Below, piece by piece: positions 38,652-48,135 of a stretch of DNA of 64,000 nucleotides. Under the pieces are notes generated by a model. That model was not told the DNA's origin and ran no database searches. It worked only from the letters and a program-made list of their open reading frames with translations. How positions within the stretch are numbered: the stretch's first letter is position 1; every line of letters begins with the position of its first letter. The stretch comes from a virus: IMG/VR virus record IMGVR_UViG_3300008448_000038, positions 1 through 64,000 of that record, one strand, 5' to 3'. Both the position numbers and the translations under genes were made by a program.

Positions 38652-40060
38652 ACATAGTTAACTACGGACAAACTTCTACACCAAGCGATTTTAAAGTTCT
38701 CGCTTTTGTTACTCCATTAACGCAGAGTGTTTTGTCTGGTATTACCACTTCCAGCCTTGGATCTGATCAGTTAACTTATGTAGAATCTTTAGATGATTTT
38801 GTCAATACGCTATTTGGTTATACTGCCATAACATTTCGATCTGGTCCCGATTCTGATGACATTAAAAGAGCAGATGTAGAATTACACGGAATCATGACGA
38901 TGTTGGAATATGGGGCATCAGTATATGTCATGAATACTACTGGTCTGACGGTATCGGGTGCATATACATCAAAAAATATTCAAAGTGTTGTTAATTCTAC
39001 GGGTGCTGGGTGCATTGTTAATAATATTTTTAACGGACTTACTGGTTCTGGGTTTACTGGAATTCAAGATACTCCAATAATCATTCAAAACACAGAATTT
39101 GAAAAAAACTTATTAAATTATTTTATTCTTGAAGTAAAAGAAGAAGGAAATACAGCAGGAACGCCTTTTACATTTAATGGTCAACTTGGTGAAATCTATT
39201 CAAATTTTGAAGATGATATTGCTCCCGCTGATGTATTTACTGAGGAATTCCCAACATTAGGAATTTTTGCATATGACAATTTCTCATCAAGTGTTTATGG
39301 TACTTCAGAATATAATAATTTTATTGTTTCAAATGGAAAACTAATCGATCAAAATATTATAGAGCTTTTGGGTGTAAAGATAAGAAATCGATGCATCAAT
39401 CCAGAATCAGATCCAGAAGCTACAAGTGAACTTTGGACTAAAATTCCAGTTCCTATGATTTATGATCTAGCAGGGCAATTTGCTAGATTGAAATTGGCTG
39501 GCACTCCGTGGGGAAGCACATCAAACTTTTTAATCGGTCCATTGCTTAATATTGTACAAGAGGATACTGAATATGTCTTGCCATTTTCTGAAAGTAATTC
39601 GGTAGCTGAATTTAAAAATACTATAACAGGACTTATCAATAATAGAATAAATTATGCAACATTCTATAGTTTTGATGGCATTTATGGTTGCTATTTCTTA
39701 AGCGATCTAACTTGTGAATCTCAAACCGATAATTCAGCACCATTTACTTTAGCTCTCAGCGAAAAGAGTGTTTATTTTGTTAATATAACTAAATTTATTA
39801 AGACTCAAATAACTTCAATTTGTGAAAATTATGTGTTTGAGCTTAACAATGAAGTTACTCGGTTACAGCTAACCTCCGAAATACTTACATTTATGAATGG
39901 TCTGTTGTCTAATGGGGCTATTAATTCATTCAATGTAGTGGCTGATGATACCAATAACACTCCGGTAGATCGCATAAATAGAAGGTTGAAGGTAGATGTA
40001 GCCTATACAACCAATCCAACTAATGATTTTGTGGAGCAATCAATAATTATCATACCTTAA
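38648..40060 (+). CDS. 18: Tail sheath paralog 3 (divergent)
   Basis: DLAG, NRINY, YVFELNNEVTR, VVADDTNNTP...RLKVDV. Confidence 0.8.
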   Translation: MNIVNYGQTSTPSDFKVLAFVTPLTQSVLSGITTSSLGSDQLTYVESLDDFVNTLFGYTAITFRSGPDSDDIKRADVELHGIMTMLEYGASVYVMNTTGLTVSGAYTSKNIQSVVNSTGAGCIVNNIFNGLTGSGFTGIQDTPIIIQNTEFEKNLLNYFILEVKEEGNTAGTPFTFNGQLGEIYSNFEDDIAPADVFTEEFPTLGIFAYDNFSSSVYGTSEYNNFIVSNGKLIDQNIIELLGVKIRNRCINPESDPEATSELWTKIPVPMIYDLAGQFARLKLAGTPWGSTSNFLIGPLLNIVQEDTEYVLPFSESNSVAEFKNTITGLINNRINYATFYSFDGIYGCYFLSDLTCESQTDNSAPFTLALSEKSVYFVNITKFIKTQITSICENYVFELNNEVTRLQLTSEILTFMNGLLSNGAINSFNVVADDTNNTPVDRINRRLKVDVAYTTNPTNDFVEQSIIIIP

Positions 40061-40087
40061 AATACATAGATAATAGGGTAGAAAACG

Positions 40088-40624
40088 ATGAGCAACGCAA
40101 ATTCACTAAGTTATTTCAAACAAAAATTCAACGGTGGCACTCGCCAAAACCGATTTGAGGTTGAAGGTAATTGGCCTAGCATCATTACCGAGAATCCTCA
40201 AACTTGCTTTCATGTAGTATCTGCCAGTATGCCTCAATCAGATGTTGGCATCATTCAAATTCCTTATAGAGGAAGAGTTTTAAATCTTGCTGGGGATAGA
40301 GAATATGAAGCATGGAATTTGGTCGTTTATGACGATACCGGAACAAATTCTTTGTGGAAAGCATTTACAAGTTGGTCAAATAGAATTAATAAAATTTTAG
40401 GAAATGTTACGGATAGTAACAATCTTAACTTTGTAAAAACAAAAACTAACTGGAAGGTTAGACAATTAAATACAACCAATAATGGCACTCTTCGTGAATT
40501 GGAGCTACTTGGTTGTTGGCCAGCATCTGTAGGTGCTTTGAATTTTAATGCTTCAAATGTTAATCCTGTTGTTTTTAATGTAACAATGAATTACGATCAA
40601 TTTAGGATAACAAAATACTCATGA
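40088..40624 (+). CDS. 19: Tail tube protein gp19, copy 1
   Basis: GGTRQNRFEV, PYRGRVL.LAGDR.Y..W..V.DD, W.VRQL, GCWP..VG. Confidence 0.92.
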   Translation: MSNANSLSYFKQKFNGGTRQNRFEVEGNWPSIITENPQTCFHVVSASMPQSDVGIIQIPYRGRVLNLAGDREYEAWNLVVYDDTGTNSLWKAFTSWSNRINKILGNVTDSNNLNFVKTKTNWKVRQLNTTNNGTLRELELLGCWPASVGALNFNASNVNPVVFNVTMNYDQFRITKYS

Positions 40625-41196
40625 GCTGCGATAGCAAAATTTCAACCTTCAGAGATGCTTTTACCTCATTCCCAAGAGGAAACAGATATTCTATTTCCGG
40701 GCAAATTCCCAATTCAAATAATGGGTGGGGAAATGATAATACTGGTGGATTCCATATTCATGCTCTAGCATTAAATGTTCCTCCAGCAAATCTTACAACT
40801 CTTCGGTATAACTATAGAGGTAGAACTCTAAAGAATCCCGGAGATAGACTATTTCCATTCTGGAATGTCACAATTCTAGATGACACGGGGACTGATACTG
40901 TTTGGGAAGCATTCCACAAATGGAGTAACAGTATAAACGACCATGATTCAAATCTTAGAACTACCTCTGCTTCTAGCTACGATTCTTACAAGCAGAATGG
41001 TTGGATTGTTAAACAACTTGGGTTAAACGGCGACACAATTAAAAGCGTTACGCTTGAAGGATGTTTTCCTTACATTGTAGGCCCAATAGAACTTGATATG
41101 AATCAAAAAAATACCGTGTGTCAATTTAGCATGGTTATAGCATACGATAGCGTGGTTGATGTGTTTACAAAAGACGGAACAATTAATATTAATTAA
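40621..41196 (+). CDS. 19: Tail tube protein gp19, copy 2
   Basis: RGNRY, YRGRTLK.PGDR.F..W.VTILDD, VKQL, GCFP..VGPIEL. Confidence 0.9.
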   Translation: MSCDSKISTFRDAFTSFPRGNRYSISGQIPNSNNGWGNDNTGGFHIHALALNVPPANLTTLRYNYRGRTLKNPGDRLFPFWNVTILDDTGTDTVWEAFHKWSNSINDHDSNLRTTSASSYDSYKQNGWIVKQLGLNGDTIKSVTLEGCFPYIVGPIELDMNQKNTVCQFSMVIAYDSVVDVFTKDGTININ

Positions 41197-41207
41197 TAGG
41201 ATTTATT

Positions 41208-42749
41208 ATGGCACTATCTGATATTTTAGGTTTTAGTTTTGGTAAGAAGAAAGGCAAAGAGGTTGAAGGTGATCAGTCGATTGCTTCCCCGATGCCACCA
41301 GAAGACTATGATGGCAGTTACCTAGTAGAGACTGGGGGTGTTTATGGCACCTACATCGACTTTACGGGCAACGCTAGAGATGATGGTGCATTCATTGCTC
41401 AGTATCGAAACATGTCTCTCTACCCTGAAGTAGATACAGCAATTGATGAAATTGTAAACGAAACAATTGTTCTTGGTACAGATCGTAAGCCAATTAAATT
41501 ACAATTAGATAAACTTAATCTTTCGGATAGCATCAAATCAAAGATGCATAAAGAGTTTGATAACTTACTGAAGATTATGGATTTCAAAGGAAAATGTTAT
41601 GAAATTTTCCGTAGATGGTATATTGATGGAAAAATTTATTATTTCCTAGAAATTGATAATGACAATCCTCAGCTAGGAATAAGAAAACTTATACCACTTG
41701 ATCCAATCAAAATCAAGAAAATCAAAAATCTTAAAAAGAATCAGAAGAGAGTTGGCTCGGCCATCGTACCAATGATTCAAGAAGTTGAAGAATATTATCT
41801 TTATACGGATACTAACAAAGATTCTTTAATATCAACTGGACCAACTGGTCTTAGATTATCAACCGATTCAATCTGCTATGCTCACTCTGGGTTAGTAGAT
41901 ATGAATACAAAGAGAGTCGTTGGATACCTCCAAAAGGCTATTAGAACTATGAACATGTTGCGTCAATTAGAAGACGCAATTGTAGTGTATAGAATTTCAC
42001 GCGCACCAGAACGTCGCATTTTCTATGTTGACGTTGGGAATTTGCCAAAGCAAAAGGCAGAACAATATGTGCGTGAATTGATGAACAGATATCGCAACAG
42101 AATGATTTACAACCAGACAACTGGTGAAATCAAAGATGATCGCAATCACATGGCCATGCTTGAAGATTACTGGATGCCAAGAAGAGAAGGGGGTAGAGGT
42201 ACAGAAATCTCTACTCTTGATGGTGGCCAGAATCTAGGAGAAATGACTGATGTTGAATATTTCAAGCGCAAGCTTTATCAGTCTCTTAATATTCCAGCAT
42301 CAAGATTAGCGGGTGACAATACGTTTAACATGGGCAGATCTGCTGAGATCACCAGAGATGAAGTTAAATTCTTCAAGTTTATTGAAAGAATTCGTTTACG
42401 CTTCTCAGTATTGTTCTTGAATCTTCTCAAAGTTCAGTTAATTCTCAAGGGAATCATTACTGTAGAAGATTGGGATGACATGTATTCCGACATTGAATTT
42501 GAATTCAATACAGATTCATATTTCAATGATCTTAAAGATGCAGAAGTACTTGCTAGTAGACTAGACCTTGTTGCCGCTGCTGAACAATACATTGGTAAGT
42601 ATTTTTCTTCAGATTATATTCGTAAGAATATTCTTAAGCAATCTGATGAAGATATTGAAGTAATAAATACTCAGATGCAGTTTGATATCTTGAAGATGCA
42701 ACAAGCTGCGGCAGCTCAACAACAGCAAATGCAACAGGAGCAACAATGA
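41208..42749 (+). CDS. 20: Portal protein gp20
   Basis: PEVD.AIDEIVNE, FRRWYIDG, YRISRAPERRIFYVDVGNLPK.KAEQY, LEDYWMPRREGGRGTEI.TL.GGQNLG. Confidence 0.98.
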   Translation: MALSDILGFSFGKKKGKEVEGDQSIASPMPPEDYDGSYLVETGGVYGTYIDFTGNARDDGAFIAQYRNMSLYPEVDTAIDEIVNETIVLGTDRKPIKLQLDKLNLSDSIKSKMHKEFDNLLKIMDFKGKCYEIFRRWYIDGKIYYFLEIDNDNPQLGIRKLIPLDPIKIKKIKNLKKNQKRVGSAIVPMIQEVEEYYLYTDTNKDSLISTGPTGLRLSTDSICYAHSGLVDMNTKRVVGYLQKAIRTMNMLRQLEDAIVVYRISRAPERRIFYVDVGNLPKQKAEQYVRELMNRYRNRMIYNQTTGEIKDDRNHMAMLEDYWMPRREGGRGTEISTLDGGQNLGEMTDVEYFKRKLYQSLNIPASRLAGDNTFNMGRSAEITRDEVKFFKFIERIRLRFSVLFLNLLKVQLILKGIITVEDWDDMYSDIEFEFNTDSYFNDLKDAEVLASRLDLVAAAEQYIGKYFSSDYIRKNILKQSDEDIEVINTQMQFDILKMQQAAAAQQQQMQQEQQ

Positions 42750-43147
42750 AACATAGACTGAAAAAGATTGTTTTTGAGTCATTAGACAAAAACAAACTTA
42801 ATTTTAACATCAAAAATGAGCTTTCTTTCAGAGTTAGCCAGTTGATTAATGAAAAAATGCTTTTTGAACAAAATAAAATGCTTCAAAAATGCACTCCAAA
42901 GACCTCCACTGATTCTATGGGTAGATTCGTTTCAGTCATAAAGGAATCTTTACAGGCAAAATACCCTATAGACATTAAATTAAACAGTGGCGAAAATATA
43001 AGTATTAGTAGCAAAGAAGGGCAAAAGTTGGCTATTTTGTTTGATAATCTAAATGAAAATAACCGTGTTAAAATGACTTCTTCGCTATTTGAAAATAGCA
43101 AAAACTACAGAAATATTTTAGATTTCAGCAAAAACATAAGGAAATAA
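42746..43147 (+). CDS. Hypothetical prohead core-region protein
   Basis: Between gp20 and gp21; several (L/I/F)xE motifs; FDNLNENN motif. Confidence 0.55.
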   Translation: MKHRLKKIVFESLDKNKLNFNIKNELSFRVSQLINEKMLFEQNKMLQKCTPKTSTDSMGRFVSVIKESLQAKYPIDIKLNSGENISISSKEGQKLAILFDNLNENNRVKMTSSLFENSKNYRNILDFSKNIRK

Positions 43148-43149
43148 AA

Positions 43150-43443
43150 ATGTCATCAAAGAAAGTTTTCAAACAAATCCTTGAAGAGAATGCGGTCGGT
43201 GCTAGAAACACTGTCCGCGAAATGCTTTATTCTAAGCTAAAACACAAACTAAACGAAAAGTACATCGAAGTCTCAAGAACCTATTTCAATGAAGGTAAGA
43301 TGCAAGATGTCGATGGAGATGGTCAGGTCGGAAACGATACTGAAGATGCCATTGCTACCAAGTTCATGAAGATGGGAATGCCACAGGACAAAGCAGTTGC
43401 AAAGGCAAAGAGCATTACTGCTAAGAAGAAGAACAAGAAATGA
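43150..43443 (+). CDS. Small prohead core protein (gp67/68 position)
   Basis: ILEEN...LNEK pattern; DVDGDG motif; synteny. Confidence 0.55.
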   Translation: MSSKKVFKQILEENAVGARNTVREMLYSKLKHKLNEKYIEVSRTYFNEGKMQDVDGDGQVGNDTEDAIATKFMKMGMPQDKAVAKAKSITAKKKNKK

Positions 43444-44087
43444 AGTTAATCACCGAAACAGTTGAAAATGTTCGTGTAATTACCGAAAGTATCGATGGTA
43501 ATAGTAAAAACTATTTCATCGAAGGCATTTTCATGCAAGCTGATACCAAGAATAGAAATGGTAGAACTTATCCCAAGCCTATTCTTATGAATGAGGTAAG
43601 ACGTTACATCAACGAACATGTCAATAACAAGAGAGCCTTCGGTGAATTAAACCACCCAACTGGTCCTTCTGTCAATCTAGACAGAGTCTCACATCTTATC
43701 ACAGAACTCCATGAACGCGGTAATGATGTTTATGGTAAGGCTAAGATTCTTGATACTCCAACTGGAAAGATCGTAAAGAGTCTTCTAGGTGAAGGAGTTC
43801 AACTCGGGGTTTCTTCTAGAGGCATGGGTTCTCTCAAGAAGACTAAAGAAGGCGTAAATCAAGTACAAGAAGACTTCATGCTTGCCGCAGTTGACATAGT
43901 GGCAGATCCTTCTGCTCCACATGCCTTTGTCAATGGCATCATGGAAGGTAAGGAATGGGTTTGGAGCAATGGCGTTCTTAAAGAACAAACCATCTCAAAC
44001 TATAAGAAAGAAATTCTTAAGACTCCAAGTAAACAACTTCAAGAAAAGGTTCTTAAGACATTCGAACACTTTTTAAGAAATCTATGA
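43440..44087 (+). CDS. 21: Prohead protease gp21
   Basis: MKLITE, IEGIFMQ, NRNGR.YP, GELNHP, GVSSRGMGSL, DIVADPSAP.AFV.GIME. Confidence 0.97.
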   Translation: MKLITETVENVRVITESIDGNSKNYFIEGIFMQADTKNRNGRTYPKPILMNEVRRYINEHVNNKRAFGELNHPTGPSVNLDRVSHLITELHERGNDVYGKAKILDTPTGKIVKSLLGEGVQLGVSSRGMGSLKKTKEGVNQVQEDFMLAAVDIVADPSAPHAFVNGIMEGKEWVWSNGVLKEQTISNYKKEILKTPSKQLQEKVLKTFEHFLRNL

Positions 44088-44581
44088 ACTACTTAGAACA
44101 AACATATTTAAAGCAAATTGCTCAACTTCAGGAAGAGTTGAATGTTCTCAAGTCTCAAGAAAAGACTCTCGCAGAGCAAACTTCATTTGACTCTGAAGCT
44201 GATGTAACAAATTATGCAGAAAAAGCTTTAAACAATATGTCCCCAGAGACTTTAGTAAGAGATGCTGCCACTGCATTAATAGGATCTGCGGCAGTTAAGC
44301 AGTCATTAGGAGATATTAACCTTAAAGATATTCTTCAAAAGAATATGAAAGATTTTTTGGACGTTACTCTAGTACAAAGTCTTCGTGACGTTGGTAGTTC
44401 GTTAGCAAATACATTAGTCAATGCTGCTGGTAGAAATCCATTCCAGTTAGCAAAGGCAGTTAGCGTTACACGCTACAATCCATTTGCAATTTTTGATCCA
44501 ACAGAAAGATCTGATGGAACTAAAAGAGTAAGTCCACAAACCGCTGATTCATTACTGCCATCAGCTCAAGATGCAGAATAA
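44084..44581 (+). CDS. Hypothetical protein (possible internal head protein)
   Basis: Inserted between gp21 and gp22; N-terminal coiled coil ending LAEQ. Confidence 0.55.
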   Translation: MNYLEQTYLKQIAQLQEELNVLKSQEKTLAEQTSFDSEADVTNYAEKALNNMSPETLVRDAATALIGSAAVKQSLGDINLKDILQKNMKDFLDVTLVQSLRDVGSSLANTLVNAAGRNPFQLAKAVSVTRYNPFAIFDPTERSDGTKRVSPQTADSLLPSAQDAE

Positions 44582-44587
44582 TAAATA
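44582..44587 (+). promoter_or_regulatory. Late promoter box TAAATA (gp22)
   Basis: AATAAATA followed by SD AGGAG and ATG 44602. Confidence 0.6.
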
Positions 44588-44601
44588 ATTTAGGAGAAAA
44601 T

Positions 44602-45648
44602 ATGAGAAATAGAAAAAAATATATCGAAGATGAAATTTTAAGCGAAGAAATGGAAGATGAAACTGAGGAAGAAGATATGGATACCGAGGACGAAACCGAT
44701 GAGTCCGAGGATGAAGATACTTCTTCTAACCCCGGCAAACAAGCAGCTGGATTCGTTGACTTTGATGTCAATGGTATGGGCAGCATGGATGCTAATGGCG
44801 GTAGAGTATTCATTCAAACCGATCCAAGAATGGATCCAAACATGGCCAAGCTTGCTCCCTACAACCAAATGACTATTGCTACCCCCAAGGTATCACCTGT
44901 TCAGATGAAGGAAGCATTTGACGCAATCTTTGCTGACGCTTCACTTTCAGAAGAAGTTGTAAACAAGCTACAGACCGTGTTTGTTGCTGCACTCAATGAA
45001 AAGGTTGAAGAGCACGCTAAGAACACCACCAAGATTCTTGCCGAGCAGTATGAGAAGAATCTTGAAATTATGGCAGGAACATTGGCTGAGAAACTTGATG
45101 AGTATCTTGGCTATGTCGTAGAAGAATGGATGACAGAGAACAAGGTTGAAGTTGAACGCGGCATCAAGACTCAAGTTGCTGAAAACTTCATTCGTGGCCT
45201 CAAGAATCTATTCGAAGCACATTACATTGATGTTCCAGAAGAGAAGTACAACCTTGTCGATGAACTATTTGAACAAAATGATGAATTGACAAGAACCATG
45301 AACAAGGTCATTAACGAAAACATGAACCTCAAAAAGGAAAGTGTTGCCAATAAGATCTCAAGCATCTTCCTTGAAGAATGCCATGGATTAACCGATACAC
45401 AAGTCGAGAAACTAGGTTCGCTTGCCAAGGGCCTTGATTTCGATGGAGAAGATTCGTTTAGAGGTAAGCTACAATCGCTTAAGGAAGCTTATTTCTTCAG
45501 AAAACAAGAAGCCAGACCAGCTTCAGTAGCTCCAGTAGCTAGTCCAGTAATGGATCTACATGAGATGGTTCAGCCTTCAGCACCCACTATTGACAATGAA
45601 ACCGTCGCTCAGGTGGCTAGAGCAATGAGTAGACACATTAAGAAATAA
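44602..45648 (+). CDS. 22: Prohead scaffold gp22
   Basis: LDEYL.YVVEEWM.EN, E.F..GLK.LF..HYIDVPEEK, GLTDTQ.EKL..L, KL..LKE.YF. Confidence 0.95.
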   Translation: MRNRKKYIEDEILSEEMEDETEEEDMDTEDETDESEDEDTSSNPGKQAAGFVDFDVNGMGSMDANGGRVFIQTDPRMDPNMAKLAPYNQMTIATPKVSPVQMKEAFDAIFADASLSEEVVNKLQTVFVAALNEKVEEHAKNTTKILAEQYEKNLEIMAGTLAEKLDEYLGYVVEEWMTENKVEVERGIKTQVAENFIRGLKNLFEAHYIDVPEEKYNLVDELFEQNDELTRTMNKVINENMNLKKESVANKISSIFLEECHGLTDTQVEKLGSLAKGLDFDGEDSFRGKLQSLKEAYFFRKQEARPASVAPVASPVMDLHEMVQPSAPTIDNETVAQVARAMSRHIKK

Positions 45649-45661
45649 TCAGGATTTAACC

Positions 45662-45667
45662 TAAATA
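45662..45667 (+). promoter_or_regulatory. Late promoter box TAAATA (gp23)
   Basis: CCTAAATA followed by SD AGGAG and ATG 45687. Confidence 0.6.
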
Positions 45668-45686
45668 ACACAGGAGAAAAATAAAA

Positions 45687-47081
45687 ATGTTCGAAGACTC
45701 AACACCGTATGATATTTTAACTGAAAAGTGGAACCCCGTCCTAAATCACGACGCAGTTCCCGCTATTGAAGATGTATACAAGAAGAAAGTAACCGCAGTC
45801 CTTCTTGAGAACCAAGAAGCTGCTATGCGTCAGCAGTATCTAACCGAAACTTCAGCCAATGCAATTGGTGGTGGATTCAATCTTAACACTAATGGTGCCC
45901 CTAACACCAACCTAGCTGGTTATGACCCAATCCTCATCAGCCTTGTTCGTCGTGCTATGCCTAACCTCATGGCCTACGATATCGCTGGTGTTCAGCCCAT
46001 GACTGCTCCTACCGGACTCATTTTCGCAATGAGATCTAAGTATGACAGCCAGAGTGGAGATGAAGCTCTATTCGCTGAACCATTCGCTAAGTTCAGCGGT
46101 TCAGGTTCAACCTCAACTGGTGCTGCAACCGATCCACTTACTGGAGTCGCCCCACTAAGCTTCTCTGGAAATACTGTTTCAAAGGCTACTATCTTTGGAG
46201 AAGATTTCAAGGCGTTTAACACAAGCACCGCTGAAAATCTTGGAGTTGCTGGAACTCCATTTAAGGAAATGGCTTTTGCTATCGACCGTATTGCCGTAAC
46301 TGCCAAGACTCGCGCTCTAAAGGCAGAGTACACCACTGAGCTTGCTCAGGACCTCAAGGCTGTTCACGGACTTGACGCTGAAACCGAACTCGCCAACATC
46401 CTCAGCACTGAAATTCTTGCTGAAATGAACCGCGAGCTTATCCGCAACATTTATCACGTTGCCAAGCTAGGCGCACAGCAGTCAGATCTTTACTATAAAT
46501 CAGCAACTCCCGGTACTGGTGGTGCATATGACCTCGCTCTCGACTCAGACGGTCGTTGGAGCGCAGAACGCTTCCGTGGCCTCATGTTCCAGATTGAACG
46601 TGAAGCTAATGTAATCGCTAAGGATACTCGTCGCGGTAAGGGTAACTTCATCGTCTGCTCATCAGACGTTGCTTCAGCCCTCACCATGGGTGGCTTCCTC
46701 CAGTTGACCCCAGCTCCTGCTACCCAGCTTGAAGTTGACGATACCGGAAACACCTTCGCTGGTATTCTAGCTGGTAAGATGCGCGTTTACATCGACCCCT
46801 ACAGCAGCGCAACCCAGAACTTCGTCTGCGTTGGCTATAGAGGCGCAAGCCCCTACGACGCTGGTCTCTTCTACTGCCCATACGTTCCACTCCAGATGGT
46901 TCGTGCAGTCGATCCTGATACCTTCCAGCCCAAGATTGGCTTCAAGACCCGCTACGGCATGGTCCAGAATCCATTCGTCCGCGACGCTGGTTCGCCACTT
47001 GGTGCAACCATGACCGAAGGTAAGAATCAGTACTATAGACTCTTCGCAGTCACCAACCTCCACGGTAACACTGGTAACTGA
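45687..47081 (+). CDS. 23: Major capsid protein gp23
   Basis: EKW.PVL, LLENQE, DPILISLVRRAMPNL.AYD.AGVQPM..PTGLIFAMR, TRALKAEYT.ELAQDLKAVHGLDAE, FYCPYVP, FQPKIGFKTRYG. Confidence 0.99.
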   Translation: MFEDSTPYDILTEKWNPVLNHDAVPAIEDVYKKKVTAVLLENQEAAMRQQYLTETSANAIGGGFNLNTNGAPNTNLAGYDPILISLVRRAMPNLMAYDIAGVQPMTAPTGLIFAMRSKYDSQSGDEALFAEPFAKFSGSGSTSTGAATDPLTGVAPLSFSGNTVSKATIFGEDFKAFNTSTAENLGVAGTPFKEMAFAIDRIAVTAKTRALKAEYTTELAQDLKAVHGLDAETELANILSTEILAEMNRELIRNIYHVAKLGAQQSDLYYKSATPGTGGAYDLALDSDGRWSAERFRGLMFQIEREANVIAKDTRRGKGNFIVCSSDVASALTMGGFLQLTPAPATQLEVDDTGNTFAGILAGKMRVYIDPYSSATQNFVCVGYRGASPYDAGLFYCPYVPLQMVRAVDPDTFQPKIGFKTRYGMVQNPFVRDAGSPLGATMTEGKNQYYRLFAVTNLHGNTGN

Positions 47082-47105
47082 TAAGTTTCTATAAAAGGAA
47101 ATGAG

Positions 47106-47134
47106 AAGGGAGAGGAGAAATCCTCTCCCTTTTT
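47106..47134 (+). terminator. Rho-independent terminator after gp23
   Basis: AAGGGAGAGGA-GAAA-TCCTCTCCCTT followed by TTT. Confidence 0.9.
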
Positions 47135-47139
47135 CATTA

Positions 47140-47145
47140 TACATA
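47140..47145 (+). promoter_or_regulatory. Late-type promoter TATACATA (gp3)
   Basis: TATACATA-CATT-ATG directly after the terminator. Confidence 0.6.
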
Positions 47146-47149
47146 CATT

Positions 47150-47671
47150 ATGGCGCAAGCTGATTATCCAGTTAATATTAGTCAACTTAATAGGAATTTT
47201 TATACCTTTAAGTTGTCTAGAATTCCTACAACAACTTTCTTTTTACAGAAAGTATCGTTGCCCGGTATTATATCTCCAAATTTTGATCAGCCAACCACAT
47301 TAGGTGTTCCAGTAAAAAGACCACTTGGAACTTATAATTTTGCAAATCTTGATATTGAATTCATTGTAGATGAAAACATGACTAACTGGTTGGAGATTTA
47401 TAGATGGATGAGAAATATTGGTAATCTTGATTCAGATTGTACTTATAATATTCCTGAAAATAAATTTACATCAACCGGAACTCTTATTATTCAGAAGAGT
47501 TCTTATACAGCAAATATTACTGCTACCTTCTTTGACATATTCCCCATATCATTAGGTGGCATTGGTTTTGATACAACCCTGCCTGCATCCGAGCCAGCAA
47601 GAGTAAGTGCTAGTTTTGCCTATACATACTACAGCTTTAATCCCGATCCGGGAAATACTACTTTAGATTGA
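47150..47671 (+). CDS. 3: Tail tube terminator gp3
   Basis: FFLQKVSLPGI, FIVDENM.NW.EIY.WM, F.DIFPISL. Confidence 0.9.
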   Translation: MAQADYPVNISQLNRNFYTFKLSRIPTTTFFLQKVSLPGIISPNFDQPTTLGVPVKRPLGTYNFANLDIEFIVDENMTNWLEIYRWMRNIGNLDSDCTYNIPENKFTSTGTLIIQKSSYTANITATFFDIFPISLGGIGFDTTLPASEPARVSASFAYTYYSFNPDPGNTTLD

Positions 47672-47700
47672 TTTTATTTGTATTTGTGTATACTTAAATT

Positions 47701-48135
47701 ATGAATTTCGATGAACTTAAAGAACAGGTCGAAAAAGACCTCAAGATTGATATTACCGAATTGGCCCAAGAATCTGTAATAACACCACAGATTCATAATA
47801 AGTATTTGCTCTTTTTCAAGAAATATAAAGAAGAACTTTCTATGGAAGAAAGAACCATGAAAGTATTAAGAAAATATAAATGGCTTTACTACATGGGCAA
47901 ATTGAGCAGAGAAGAATTAGAAAAGCTTAAATGGGAACCATTTGAACTCAATATTCTCAAGACAGATGTAGATAAGTTCATTGAAGCTGATGATGACATT
48001 ATCAACCTTGAAGGGAAGATCGCAGAAAAGAAAGAAATGGTAAATTATCTTGATGGAGTCATTAAGATTGTAAATGGTCGCCAATGGAATATTAGATCAG
48101 CAATTGATTGGATTAAATTCACTAATGGACAATGA
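47701..48135 (+). CDS. uvsY: Recombination mediator UvsY
   Basis: DLKID, ES..TPQIHNKY, YY.GK, IEAD, R.WNIRSAIDW.KF. Confidence 0.92.
   Translation: MNFDELKEQVEKDLKIDITELAQESVITPQIHNKYLLFFKKYKEELSMEERTMKVLRKYKWLYYMGKLSREELEKLKWEPFELNILKTDVDKFIEADDDIINLEGKIAEKKEMVNYLDGVIKIVNGRQWNIRSAIDWIKFTNGQ

Noticed and set aside
33125-41196. Standalone eCIS or tailocin instead of a phage
   Set aside because: Portal, terminase, capsid, neck and replication genes are contiguous with the tail genes
42695-42749. Poly-Q/A tail of gp20
   Set aside because: Low-complexity C-termini are common in portal proteins
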